This document shows positions 48,646 through 58,210 of a stretch of DNA of 64,000 nt, piece by piece. The DNA is from a virus. Lineage: Duplodnaviria; Caudoviricetes. The first letter of the stretch is position 1, and every line of letters begins with the position of its first letter. The stretch is from the IMG/VR virus record IMGVR_UViG_3300019365_000009, positions 2,229 through 66,228 of that record, one strand, 5' to 3'. Under the pieces are notes generated by a model. That model was not told the DNA's origin. It did not search any database and was given only the letters and a program-made list of their open reading frames with translations. A program made the translations under genes and the position numbers.

Positions 48646-49479
48646 ATGAATGATAATCTATTGATTGAAACCAAGGAGATTGGTAATCATCGAATTAAAA
48701 TATACTACGACGCATGGGGGCAGAGTCCAATCACAAATTCTGATATGGCTGCTCGGTACTTGTTCGAGTATAATGATTGCTATCATCATATTCTTCACGA
48801 GGAATGTAACTGGAAAGACTGGTTCCTTGAAAACCGATACTCTCTGGAAGATGCACTGCGCTATATGGCGGCAGACGTTGTGAAGCAGAAAGACATCATC
48901 ACCTACTACAAAAAGGGTGAGATTGATGGTCTGCGATTCATCTATGATCGACACGAGCGAGAGTGGAAATTACAGACATGGGAGGAATGGTTGGGCGATT
49001 GGTTCACTCGATATGAAGTTGAACCGTATGACCTTAAAAAATATGATTGTCGTTCTGAATTAGTCGAATGTCTGAGTAAAGACGAACTCATATCACTCAT
49101 CCAAGATTGTGCTAAAGATTTTGTCATCAAAGAGTGGAGCACCACCGGATATTCTCAGGGTGATTTTGTGAAGGGTGTGGCCTATATTTCGAAAGAACGA
49201 TATGACAAAATGGTCGGAGACACAGGCAAGCCTTGGAAAGAACATGCCGATTATCTCATTGACTTGGAGGTCAAAGAAATAGGAATGTGGATGTGGGGCG
49301 ATGTCATAGGTTATGTCCTTGAAAAGAAAGTTCCATTCACCAAAGTTTATGACGATGAAAATCGTGAGGACGAAGAGGATATTGAGTGGGAAGAGGTTGG
49401 CTCCTGCTGGGGCTTCTTTATGGAAACCGAAGAACTCATTGATGAGGTGATTTCGGAATACAGTCTAAAATCTGCTTAA
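48646..49479 (+). CDS. acidic hypothetical protein
   Basis: WMWGDVIGY...SCWGFF motif seen in mobile-element proteins. Confidence 0.7.
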   Translation: MNDNLLIETKEIGNHRIKIYYDAWGQSPITNSDMAARYLFEYNDCYHHILHEECNWKDWFLENRYSLEDALRYMAADVVKQKDIITYYKKGEIDGLRFIYDRHEREWKLQTWEEWLGDWFTRYEVEPYDLKKYDCRSELVECLSKDELISLIQDCAKDFVIKEWSTTGYSQGDFVKGVAYISKERYDKMVGDTGKPWKEHADYLIDLEVKEIGMWMWGDVIGYVLEKKVPFTKVYDDENREDEEDIEWEEVGSCWGFFMETEELIDEVISEYSLKSA

Positions 49480-49491
49480 TCTACAATCACA

Positions 49492-49773
49492 ATGCTACGA
49501 TACCCAAACCCTATTTATTCCAACAGCTTGAATAAGAAAATCAAGCAAATCAATAAAACTCAGGCACGCAAACTGTATGAGGCTGGGGAAACAGTTTATC
49601 TGCTTCCCTGCCTTTGCAGGGTGGATGGTGTATGGGTTTCTCCATATCCCATTGATAAGGAACACGCCGTATGGTGGGGCGACTCATTTGATAGTGACGT
49701 TCTCAGTTTCACCAACTACAACTGCTGCCCCGAACTGGGTAAATATCCAATATTCTTTAGAGTAATAAAATAA
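49492..49773 (+). CDS. hypothetical protein
   Basis: Operon-packed ORF. Confidence 0.6.
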   Translation: MLRYPNPIYSNSLNKKIKQINKTQARKLYEAGETVYLLPCLCRVDGVWVSPYPIDKEHAVWWGDSFDSDVLSFTNYNCCPELGKYPIFFRVIK

Positions 49774-49801
49774 AAACATAGATAATAACTGCACTGAAAT
49801 T

Positions 49802-50068
49802 ATGATCAGCAACAAATTATATCAAAAGCTTTCAAAAGAAGCTCAGAATGTGGCAGAATATATCTACAATATTTATCGCAATGATGATGTGTGTATTGGA
49901 GAAGTTCTGGATGTGTTAACCACGACAGATATTCCGGACAGTGAATCTTTGACCATTGAGGACTGGCATTATGTTTATATGACTTTGATGAGCTATGTCG
50001 AGGGAGATCGCTTTTTTCGCTCTATCAATGACGATGAACCGCAGGATTATGAAACGAGTCATAATTAA
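49802..50068 (+). CDS. acidic hypothetical protein
   Basis: Operon-packed ORF. Confidence 0.6.
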   Translation: MISNKLYQKLSKEAQNVAEYIYNIYRNDDVCIGEVLDVLTTTDIPDSESLTIEDWHYVYMTLMSYVEGDRFFRSINDDEPQDYETSHN

Positions 50069-50432
50069 AAACTACAATTTTGTAGCAGATGCCCTATATG
50101 AGATATTTGAGCATCTAATGATTGCGCAAGCTGACGACTCTTTCGAGTTTGTTCCAGAAGGGCGAGAATATGGTTTTATGGTAACACCACAGCCTAAATA
50201 TCAAACAACTCCGGATAATCGAGAGGTTCCGGCACTTCCGTTTTATACCTTTAATTGGGAAATGTATAATGATAAATGCGGAGTTTATCGAGGAATGGAA
50301 TGGGGGTGGACATTAAAAGTTAATGAAAATCTCTTCTTTATTTCAATGCCTGGTAATATCCCGAGTGGATTTGAGATGAATTGCTGGTATCGAAATTTTT
50401 ACACCAGAGGCAACAAAAATAGTTTAATCTAA
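50049..50432 (+). CDS. hypothetical protein
   Basis: Probable ATG at 50049. Confidence 0.55.
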   Translation: MKRVIIKNYNFVADALYEIFEHLMIAQADDSFEFVPEGREYGFMVTPQPKYQTTPDNREVPALPFYTFNWEMYNDKCGVYRGMEWGWTLKVNENLFFISMPGNIPSGFEMNCWYRNFYTRGNKNSLI

Positions 50433-50450
50433 CTAATCTTATTTAATAAG

Positions 50451-51050
50451 ATGAGATATATAGTAGAAGAAAACCTCCACAACTTCAAATTTTGGAGTGG
50501 CGGCAAAGATAGGGCTGATAACTGTTCGGTTGATGAACTTGATAGCATTGAGGAATTTCTGGAAGAGATTGCCCCGGAAGAAGGTTGGACGGACACTGCC
50601 ATTAATGATATGTTCTGGTTTGAGTTTGACACTTTGGCCCAGCACCTCGGCTATAAGAATGAAGAAGATTTCGATTTTCATCACGACCCCAACTATCTTG
50701 ATGACGATGAACTGGAGGATTTTGTCGGAGAGTGGTTTGTTAATTTCCTTCAGGGTGTCAAAGAAAGAGAAGGGACTGATGGCATTATCTATCTCTATGA
50801 GAATTGCTTCGGGGGCGATTATATGGATTTCGCCGCTCTTGAAGAATTTGAAGAGGCTTATAATTCGGTAGATTATCCTGATTGGTTAGGAGAGCGTGTT
50901 TATGCTCATCTTCTGAAAGAAGCTCCTTCTAACCTTATGGAAGCACTCTTTGAGGATGATAATGGTCACGAAAATCTGACAGATTTCCCGACAAAAGAAC
51001 AATTCCGAAAAGAAATGATGAATAAACACAAAAAATCAGAACAGCAATGA
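50451..51050 (+). CDS. highly acidic hypothetical protein
   Basis: About one quarter D/E by hand count. Confidence 0.7.
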   Translation: MRYIVEENLHNFKFWSGGKDRADNCSVDELDSIEEFLEEIAPEEGWTDTAINDMFWFEFDTLAQHLGYKNEEDFDFHHDPNYLDDDELEDFVGEWFVNFLQGVKEREGTDGIIYLYENCFGGDYMDFAALEEFEEAYNSVDYPDWLGERVYAHLLKEAPSNLMEALFEDDNGHENLTDFPTKEQFRKEMMNKHKKSEQQ

Positions 51051-51508
51051 AAAAAGAATTATATCACACCAATTATGCGGTCGCTGTGAGTTGGTGCAAC
51101 AACGCACTGGTGCTCTGTAACAACATCCCAGAAATTGATGATTCCATCTGGGATAACTTTGAGCCTATCGTCGATTTAGACAATGAGCCTGAATACAATG
51201 AGGAAGGGGAAGAAATCAAGTCTAAGTGTCCGGAATGTGGAGGAGATATGGAGCAATCTGGACCCAATATGGTATGTTCTGAATGTGGCGAATGTGAAGA
51301 GCCAGTTGAAATATTCCAGTGGTATATAACTGATTGTTCCAAGTGGGATGTAGAATATCTTACAAAAACTTTCGGGTTACTGTTCACTTATAGTGATAAA
51401 CTTGACTGTTACATTCTCTGTGTCACACATTTTGGCACCGGCTGGGATTATGTGGATTGGTATACAACCAATCCTAACGCAGAACGAGAGTGTGGTCAGA
51501 AAAAATAG
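51047..51508 (+). CDS. acidic protein with an inserted zinc ribbon
   Basis: CPECG...CSECGEC. Confidence 0.7.
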   Translation: MKKELYHTNYAVAVSWCNNALVLCNNIPEIDDSIWDNFEPIVDLDNEPEYNEEGEEIKSKCPECGGDMEQSGPNMVCSECGECEEPVEIFQWYITDCSKWDVEYLTKTFGLLFTYSDKLDCYILCVTHFGTGWDYVDWYTTNPNAERECGQKK

Positions 51509-51513
51509 GTCTT

Positions 51514-51840
51514 ATGAAAAAGAAACTTTATTCTACAGTCCGATTCGTGCAAAGTGTCGATGAGGATTACAACCGAATTGAGGCTGTATTCTGTGGATTG
51601 CGAGACGGCTATTGTGAAGGCAATTCCCAGCCAGTTATTGACTATCTCAGTAATTGGGATGATGAAAAGAATGAGCTTACAGATGAAGAACCTATGATTG
51701 CAAAAATGGGTGACACATCTTATGTTGATGAGAACGGCACTTACACTCTCCTTTACAATTCCACAATAGGTGGCTGCTTCTTGCTTTACAGAGAGGCGAT
51801 CGAAGATGAAATTGATTGGCATAACGACCATGTTAAATAA
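51514..51840 (+). CDS. acidic hypothetical protein
   Basis: Probable ATG at 51514. Confidence 0.6.
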   Translation: MKKKLYSTVRFVQSVDEDYNRIEAVFCGLRDGYCEGNSQPVIDYLSNWDDEKNELTDEEPMIAKMGDTSYVDENGTYTLLYNSTIGGCFLLYREAIEDEIDWHNDHVK

Positions 51841-51855
51841 CAAAACAAGACAACA

Positions 51856-52530
51856 ATGAAAACTTCAATTATTGTCAAAAGTTTCCCCGGATTTTACGAA
51901 ACGGTTTTTGATGAAAGATACATAGAGTCCGACCAACGAGACCAGCTTTATGAGTTGTATAAAGGCTTTAAGTATCTCGATGACTGGGAGCTGCCTGAAA
52001 CATATCGGTCGGAGGTTGCTAAAGAGTTTGCTGAGATGTATATCAGTGAGCTTAATGACAAGCTCGGTCTTAAAATGAAACTCACATCAGAGTCCGTTGA
52101 ATCTCCCAAAGAATACAATTTCACCTCTGATCAGGTAATCTGTTACATAGAGGTTGGAGATTGGGATGAGTTTATCAAGAAAGTATCATCCTTGATGAGC
52201 CTTCCCGAATACAGAACCGAACTTGCCAAAATCATAAAGGAGAACCATTCAAACCGTCCCGGTTTCTGGAGTTTTATGAGCAATGACATAGAAGATTGGT
52301 TCGGAGCCATCGTGGACCCGGATAACACCAATTATCTTGAATGTGTGTTGTGGTATCTCTATTGTCTGAAGTCTGGAGAATCTATTTCCAATGACAGTGA
52401 CTGGGGTATGTCGGAGCAAATCTATGAAGAACTCAGCTGTTCACGAGATACGATGAATCTCACGCCAGTTACAGATGAAGCCAAGAAAGAGTGGGAAGAA
52501 TGGCGTGATAAGGAAGATGCCCATTCATAA
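51856..52530 (+). CDS. acidic hypothetical protein
   Basis: FPGFYET...SPKEYNFTSD...PGFWSF motifs. Confidence 0.7.
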   Translation: MKTSIIVKSFPGFYETVFDERYIESDQRDQLYELYKGFKYLDDWELPETYRSEVAKEFAEMYISELNDKLGLKMKLTSESVESPKEYNFTSDQVICYIEVGDWDEFIKKVSSLMSLPEYRTELAKIIKENHSNRPGFWSFMSNDIEDWFGAIVDPDNTNYLECVLWYLYCLKSGESISNDSDWGMSEQIYEELSCSRDTMNLTPVTDEAKKEWEEWRDKEDAHS

Positions 52531-52550
52531 AAACATCGACATTAAAAGTT

Positions 52551-53147
52551 ATGGTCACAAAAGAAATCACAAAAGAACTGGTCGAAAAGCAGATGGACAG
52601 CACTCTTAGTTATTTTCCTTGGGGTGGCAAAGCGATTGCTGTACGCCAGAATCAATGGGGCGAATGGATTGTTGATTGCAAGATTCCCGGTCATTATAGC
52701 AGGGACTGTGATGGCCCCAGTGGTCACTTCTATCGTATGGAGGATATAGACTGTCCTATCCGTCAGTTTATGGTTATCTTGGAATATCAAGAATCCAGAT
52801 TTGGTATGGAGCCTTGGTGGTCGACGAGATATTTTGAAGCAGAAAACGATAAACGTCTCTACACTTTCCCTGAAGAGGGCGGTTTTTTCGATCCCGATGC
52901 ACCACGCAGTCCTTACATACTTGCTCAAATAAAAGCCAGTATCGAACAACACCCTTGCCTATGGGAGCTTCAGGAAATGTGGGACACTTTCAGTAATGTT
53001 CCCATAAACACTGATGATGAGATAGAAAAGCCATTTTATTTCTGGGAGGCTGGCACTTCTCGGTTTGAGATATGGCACTGGTTCGATAATCTATGCCCAA
53101 ATGGTCTTGCAGTGGACTTGATGGGCGAAACTCCAAAAACGAAATAA
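52551..53147 (+). CDS. hypothetical protein
   Basis: C-terminal F.WEAGTSRFEIWHWFD motif recurrent in mobile-element proteins. Confidence 0.7.
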   Translation: MVTKEITKELVEKQMDSTLSYFPWGGKAIAVRQNQWGEWIVDCKIPGHYSRDCDGPSGHFYRMEDIDCPIRQFMVILEYQESRFGMEPWWSTRYFEAENDKRLYTFPEEGGFFDPDAPRSPYILAQIKASIEQHPCLWELQEMWDTFSNVPINTDDEIEKPFYFWEAGTSRFEIWHWFDNLCPNGLAVDLMGETPKTK

Positions 53148-53149
53148 CT

Positions 53150-53431
53150 ATGATACCTGACAGATATATCGAATACAACGGTAAGAGTTACCCTGTGTTT
53201 AATCTCAATATCGTTGACCAAGGCGATGAAGATTCCGCTCAAAATATGGAAATGATTGAGGTGGAAGTGTCCGTCCAATCTCTTTCCAATGTACTTATAA
53301 ACTCATCCGGCAGCCCGGTCAATGATGAGGCGAGCGTACTCGATGAAGAGATTTTCTTCTACATTCCTGATGAGCTGGCAGAGCGAGAGGCATGTGAGAT
53401 AGCTGATTATGTTTCCGATAATTGCTGGTGA
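53150..53431 (+). CDS. acidic hypothetical protein
   Basis: Probable ATG at 53150. Confidence 0.6.
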   Translation: MIPDRYIEYNGKSYPVFNLNIVDQGDEDSAQNMEMIEVEVSVQSLSNVLINSSGSPVNDEASVLDEEIFFYIPDELAEREACEIADYVSDNCW

Positions 53432-53432
53432 T

Positions 53433-53936
53433 ATGGAAAAGAGAAGAGTATCCGACAACGAATGGCTCTATATTTACGATAAGTTCTACAAAGAGCGCTA
53501 TGAGCATTACAGAAAATCTGGAGTGTCTGCCGCCGAAGCGATAGACCAGGCATTTCAAGAAACAGTTGATCTCGAATTTCATCCATATTTTCCCGTACAG
53601 CGTCCTATAAATCAGATGGTAATGACTGAATGGGGAGAGAAACATCAGCAAATGTTAGAAGGCGAACTTCATATTGCAATAATAAATTCCGACTCTATCT
53701 CTCCTGAAGTCGGCATTATCAAAGTAAAATGGGGATGGCTCCGGCGTGAATTACCCCAGTGGTTGATTGACAATGGTCATTACGACTACTTCTATGAAAT
53801 CCCAGACGATGAGGATGAGCTGATTGAGCATTTCCTTTTCGTGTATTGTGATTACAGCCAGAACAATTTGCACTGGCAATGTGTGCCGTCTGACACTCAA
53901 TTCAAACGATTAACAATTAAAGATTTTCAAAAATGA
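53433..53936 (+). CDS. hypothetical protein
   Basis: Probable ATG at 53433. Confidence 0.6.
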   Translation: MEKRRVSDNEWLYIYDKFYKERYEHYRKSGVSAAEAIDQAFQETVDLEFHPYFPVQRPINQMVMTEWGEKHQQMLEGELHIAIINSDSISPEVGIIKVKWGWLRRELPQWLIDNGHYDYFYEIPDDEDELIEHFLFVYCDYSQNNLHWQCVPSDTQFKRLTIKDFQK

Positions 53937-54304
53937 AACATACCGATTTTTATAATCAGTACAAATATCTGGATGCTTGTACTGAAAATGAGCTGAAAGC
54001 CGCTGTAAAAGCTCATGGAAATGAATATGTGTTTATCCACACAGATGATGATGAACACATATCAGAAGAAAAACAAAATGCTCCTATTATTTCTGCTTCA
54101 ACAAAATGCATGGCAAGTTATGAGGACTTTTATGTTTCCCGTGTCGCTATTGAAGATTTCGATAGTGTGGTAGTTTATGGCTTCCCCAAAGAAGGATGGG
54201 CCGATGATGAACAAGAACTCACCAGCATAGCACATGGTCAATTAGAGTTTGTTATCGACGAAATTCCTGAAACTGATGAAGTCCAGGATGTGACCATCCC
54301 TTAA
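53933..54304 (+). CDS. acidic hypothetical protein
   Basis: ATGA overlap with the upstream gene. Confidence 0.65.
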   Translation: MKHTDFYNQYKYLDACTENELKAAVKAHGNEYVFIHTDDDEHISEEKQNAPIISASTKCMASYEDFYVSRVAIEDFDSVVVYGFPKEGWADDEQELTSIAHGQLEFVIDEIPETDEVQDVTIP

Positions 54305-54386
54305 AAACTCTTAAAAATCTCGTTCTCATTCCAATTTTTCAACATCACGAGACTATTCAAATAAAAACCATATAAACTTCTTAAAT

Positions 54387-54554
54387 ATGACTTCACAAGC
54401 ACTGAACTGCCTTGAGTTATATCGAGGCGGCAACCCCTCTACAATCAAACAGTTGCTCAAAAACCAGAAAGCATCGGTAGTAGCAGAACTGAAAAATCAC
54501 TTTGGCACTGACGACCTTGACAAGTTGGCAGTGTGTCTCAGCAAAGGCAAATAA
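54387..54554 (+). CDS. small hypothetical protein (55 aa, not in the ORF track)
   Basis: Open frame MTSQALNCLELYRGG...CLSKGK with an A-rich leader, directly upstream of DGR target 2. Confidence 0.5.
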   Translation: MTSQALNCLELYRGGNPSTIKQLLKNQKASVVAELKNHFGTDDLDKLAVCLSKGK

Positions 54555-54575
54555 CATCATCAAAATACAAATAAT

Positions 54576-55289
54576 ATGATCTCAGACGAAATCGTAAAAG
54601 CCATTTATGCTTCTCTTCCAGCAGACGAGAAGCTGAAACTCGCTCTCTACAGTGACTTCGGTGAAGAAGCGCCGACAGTGTATGACTTCATCAAATCTCC
54701 CGCTAAAGAAAGCGAGGAAGTCAATGTAACCGTCCAGCCTGTTCACATTCCCGGCGAAGTTCTCACTACTGATGGGGTGTATTATCTCTATGAGGATGAC
54801 ACCTCGGAAATGTTCGACTACAAAAAGCGTAACGCTCCGACAAAGGCTGTCAAGCGTATCGGCGTAGTAATGGGAAGTCATGCTCTCGCCGTCAATCTGG
54901 AGGATTACCCGGAACAGCCTCTCACCAGTCAGAAAGATACCACCGGCTACACCGGCTACATCTCAGAATATGTCGATGCAGTTGCTGACTGGAACGGCAA
55001 AGCCAACACTGAACACATCAAGTCTATCGGCACTGGCATAGAGCTGAAGGATGGCGAGTGGATTCCGTCAGTCGCCGAACTCTATCTCATTTATCTCAAT
55101 AAGCGGTCAATCGATGCCGCCATCGAACTTAGCGGCGGTAGCCGCATAAAAGATGGTTGGTACTGGACCAGCACTGAGTACTCGGCGACGTACGCTTGGC
55201 GCTTGACCCTGATCGACGGCAGCCTCGGCAGCTGGTACACTAAGGTCACGCACAGCTTCTACGTCCGCGCTGTGGCAGCATTTCATTAA
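54576..55289 (+). CDS. DGR target protein 2 (remote; CLec-like variable domain)
   Basis: WIPSVAEL...WYWTSTEYS..AW; C-terminal VR2 ending YVRAVAAFH exactly as in target 1. Confidence 0.92.
   Translation: MISDEIVKAIYASLPADEKLKLALYSDFGEEAPTVYDFIKSPAKESEEVNVTVQPVHIPGEVLTTDGVYYLYEDDTSEMFDYKKRNAPTKAVKRIGVVMGSHALAVNLEDYPEQPLTSQKDTTGYTGYISEYVDAVADWNGKANTEHIKSIGTGIELKDGEWIPSVAELYLIYLNKRSIDAAIELSGGSRIKDGWYWTSTEYSATYAWRLTLIDGSLGSWYTKVTHSFYVRAVAAFH
55173..55285 (+). repeat. DGR variable repeat VR2
   Basis: 113/113 nt colinear with TR; 14 substitutions, all at TR adenines. Confidence 0.97.
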
Positions 55290-55294
55290 CCCTT

Positions 55295-55363
55295 AACCCC
55301 TTTATCCCTTTAACCCTTGGAGCGAAGCGACCGCGAGCGAAGCGAGTTAGGGATAAAGGGGTT
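55295..55363 (+). promoter_or_regulatory. DGR hairpin/cruciform downstream of VR2
   Basis: Perfect 15-bp inverted repeat AACCCCTTTATCCCT / AGGGATAAAGGGGTT. Confidence 0.75.
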
Positions 55364-55377
55364 CAATTTCTACTTTT

Positions 55378-55902
55378 ATGAAACGCCCCGACCTTGATAA
55401 TGTTCGTGAATTATTACGAGCAAAAAATTATGAGGCAGTTGCAGAAATAGAACCTCAAATTATTGAATACTGTAAACAAAAATTAAATAATTGCATTAAT
55501 TCCATAGAATTGATGCAGACTCTTTTACTTACACTTGAATCGCAATATAGTGAAAAGGAGAAAGACTCAACAAATCCATTACCGGATTATTTATTGGGTC
55601 TGACAAACAGATTGATAAGTGAATATGAATTGCTTAGAATAGATGACTATCAATCGCTTCAAGCTAATGATGTTACCTTATATTACTGGAAACACAAGAA
55701 AAAATTGAATGTCAATCCAGTGATAATCAATAAGGTAATTGAGGGGTCTAAAGTGCATATCCGATATACCCATCACGAACCTCCAAATGGTTTTGAACAC
55801 ACTTTCAAAGCCAACAATTTCAAATTCGCAATCAGGCAGTTAGCTTCCTCCGCAAAAGTGAAAGTAAACACAAAATATACATTCTTTTTCTTTAACTCAT
55901 AA
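55378..55902 (+). CDS. hypothetical protein
   Basis: AT-rich 174-aa ORF. Confidence 0.6.
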   Translation: MKRPDLDNVRELLRAKNYEAVAEIEPQIIEYCKQKLNNCINSIELMQTLLLTLESQYSEKEKDSTNPLPDYLLGLTNRLISEYELLRIDDYQSLQANDVTLYYWKHKKKLNVNPVIINKVIEGSKVHIRYTHHEPPNGFEHTFKANNFKFAIRQLASSAKVKVNTKYTFFFFNS

Positions 55903-55914
55903 ATATCTTTCAAT

Positions 55915-56319
55915 ATGGAATTTACCCCTTTTGAAACAGCAATCAAGAAATATCTTGACAAGCGCGCCGAAGAAGATCCTCAGTTCGCAGCATCATACAC
56001 TAAACCAAATAAAAGTATCGAAGAGTGCTGCAAGTACATCTTTCAAGAGGTTGAAAAGGGCAAAAAGAAAGGTGAACGCTGCGTAGGTGTTTCAGACGAT
56101 GAAGTCTTTGGTTTGGCAATTCACTACTATGATGAGGATGACATTGTAGTTGATGGCCCTAAGAACAAGGTGGCGGTTACACAAAGCGCATCGGTCAATG
56201 AAGAAACTTCGTCAGAAGAGACTGCTACCGAAGCTAAGCGTAAGACTCGCAAACCCAGAAAACCCAAAGCTGAGGTTGACCCCAACATCCCGGAGCCACT
56301 GGATATTCCGATTTTCTAA
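55915..56319 (+). CDS. PcfK-like protein
   Basis: IKKYLDKRAEEDPQF...KSIEECCKYI...SDDEVFGLAIHYYDEDDI. Confidence 0.85.
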   Translation: MEFTPFETAIKKYLDKRAEEDPQFAASYTKPNKSIEECCKYIFQEVEKGKKKGERCVGVSDDEVFGLAIHYYDEDDIVVDGPKNKVAVTQSASVNEETSSEETATEAKRKTRKPRKPKAEVDPNIPEPLDIPIF

Positions 56320-56337
56320 TCATCATTCCGACATCAA

Positions 56338-57633
56338 ATGAAACCAAGAAATAAACTTCAGAGAAAGATTTTGAAACTATCTCAGGGTCTTTCTCCGCTT
56401 ACCAAATACCAGTACAAGGAGGCTGTAAGAAAAGTTGGTCTGCATATTGCAAAATACAGCTCCAAACGAGGATATGAGTGTTTGGATTGCGGTCATACTT
56501 GGACTGGAGCTGAAGCAAAGCGAGTAGTTTGTCCTCATTGTGGTGCAAAACTTAATGTTGATGCTACACGAAAGAGAAATTTCTGTGAGAAAGACTATTT
56601 TGCAGTAGTTACAAAATGTCAGGGTTTCCAAGTTGTTCGGATGTTCTTTATGCAGACCAATTTAAGGAAAGGCAGCAAGCCTACTTATTGGATTTGCGAG
56701 GCATTTCAACGCTGGCTTACTCCAGATGGAAAGCTCACAATAGTTGGTCGGTCCCGACATTGGATTTCTTATTATTGTGATTGCTGGAATTGGGATAGTG
56801 ATATGGAAATAAGGAGTGAAGGTCCAGGACACATGGTAACACCTTGGAAAGTTGTCGGCCAATCATCTGTAATTCCTGAAATAAAACGAAATGGATATGC
56901 CGGAGATTTTCATCATTGTTCGCCATACACCCTTTTCAAAAGACTCCTTACCGATAACAAGACTGAAACGGCGTGGAAACTTGGTCAATATAATATGGTC
57001 GCTTATTCAATGGCTAAATCTTATGAGTTTGAGAAATATTGGCCATCCGCAAAAGTTGCTTTCCGTCACAAATACCATATTTCAAATGCCTCAATTTGGT
57101 ATGATTTGCTGGATGCTTTAGATTATTGTGGGAAGGATTTGAGAAATCCTAAATTCATCTGTCCCGACAATCTTAAAGAGGCTCATGATTTTTGGATTGC
57201 TAAAAAGCGAGCTAAGATAGATGAAGAGAATAGACGAAGAGAGCGTGAAAGACGGATGACACCAGAACAACGCTATCAAGCCAATAGCAAGCATGATGAG
57301 GCTCAATATAAGCAAGCCAAATCCAAATTCTTAAATTTGGAATTTGTCGATCAGGAAATTGTTGTTAAGCCTCTTCAATCTGTAAGGGAATTTTTGGATG
57401 AAGGTGAGTATATGCACCATTGCGTATTCACTAACAAATATTATTCCAAGAATAATGTGCTTATACTTCACGCTTTGGTTGAGGGCGTATCAATCGCAAC
57501 TATAGAGTTTTCATTAGAAAATTTCTCAATCGTACAATGTCGAGGAAAGTATAATAAAACCCCAATGAGTTATGAACGAATAACATCACTGGTCAATTCC
57601 AATATACCGAAAATAATTTCAAAAACCGCATAA
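56338..57633 (+). CDS. PcfJ-like protein
   Basis: DLLDALDYCGKDLRNPKFICPDNLKEAHD and PLQSVREFLDEGEYMHHCV; follows the PcfK-like gene. Confidence 0.85.
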   Translation: MKPRNKLQRKILKLSQGLSPLTKYQYKEAVRKVGLHIAKYSSKRGYECLDCGHTWTGAEAKRVVCPHCGAKLNVDATRKRNFCEKDYFAVVTKCQGFQVVRMFFMQTNLRKGSKPTYWICEAFQRWLTPDGKLTIVGRSRHWISYYCDCWNWDSDMEIRSEGPGHMVTPWKVVGQSSVIPEIKRNGYAGDFHHCSPYTLFKRLLTDNKTETAWKLGQYNMVAYSMAKSYEFEKYWPSAKVAFRHKYHISNASIWYDLLDALDYCGKDLRNPKFICPDNLKEAHDFWIAKKRAKIDEENRRRERERRMTPEQRYQANSKHDEAQYKQAKSKFLNLEFVDQEIVVKPLQSVREFLDEGEYMHHCVFTNKYYSKNNVLILHALVEGVSIATIEFSLENFSIVQCRGKYNKTPMSYERITSLVNSNIPKIISKTA

Positions 57634-57638
57634 CTGCT

Positions 57639-57953
57639 ATGACTGAAGAACTAAAAATCGCTATGATAGCCATCAATAAGTGGATGTTTCATGGCTGGAA
57701 CTACGAGTCAGTTCCATTGACAATCAAGACCCCTTATGGCACAACCGACACCGTGAATGTGCCACAATTCATTAAAGAGGTCAAGTGGACTTGCAACACC
57801 AGTCACATGCTGGAAAAATGGAACAAGGCAACTCGTACCCAAGACCCAGATACATATATGACAAAGTTCTATGCGGAGCTTGATAATAACAACCGTCGGC
57901 TCTTACTGGAGTGGGTTATCCAAAACTACAATGGTGAAAGATCTTTATTCTAA
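57639..57953 (+). CDS. hypothetical protein
   Basis: Operon-packed ORF. Confidence 0.65.
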   Translation: MTEELKIAMIAINKWMFHGWNYESVPLTIKTPYGTTDTVNVPQFIKEVKWTCNTSHMLEKWNKATRTQDPDTYMTKFYAELDNNNRRLLLEWVIQNYNGERSLF

Positions 57954-57958
57954 CGAAT

Positions 57959-58210
57959 ATGGAAGTATATAGCGTACAAGTTGAGTATGCAGGTGAACGA
58001 CCGGGCGAAGACTGGCATGGTCACACACTGTGGTCAACACTTGAAGGTGCAAGGCGTGGCCTGAAAAGCGAGCGTGATAGTATTCTTCATAAAAATACTT
58101 GGCTCAACAATGAAAACTGTATAGAAATTGATAAGGAGGATCATTTCTTGGCAGGCGATGACCAGGAGTCCTACGACATTACAATCAGCAAAGAAAAAGT
58201 CCATGAATGA
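57959..58210 (+). CDS. small hypothetical protein overlapping the RT start
   Basis: Last 8 nt overlap the RT ATG (58203). Confidence 0.6.
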   Translation: MEVYSVQVEYAGERPGEDWHGHTLWSTLEGARRGLKSERDSILHKNTWLNNENCIEIDKEDHFLAGDDQESYDITISKEKVHE

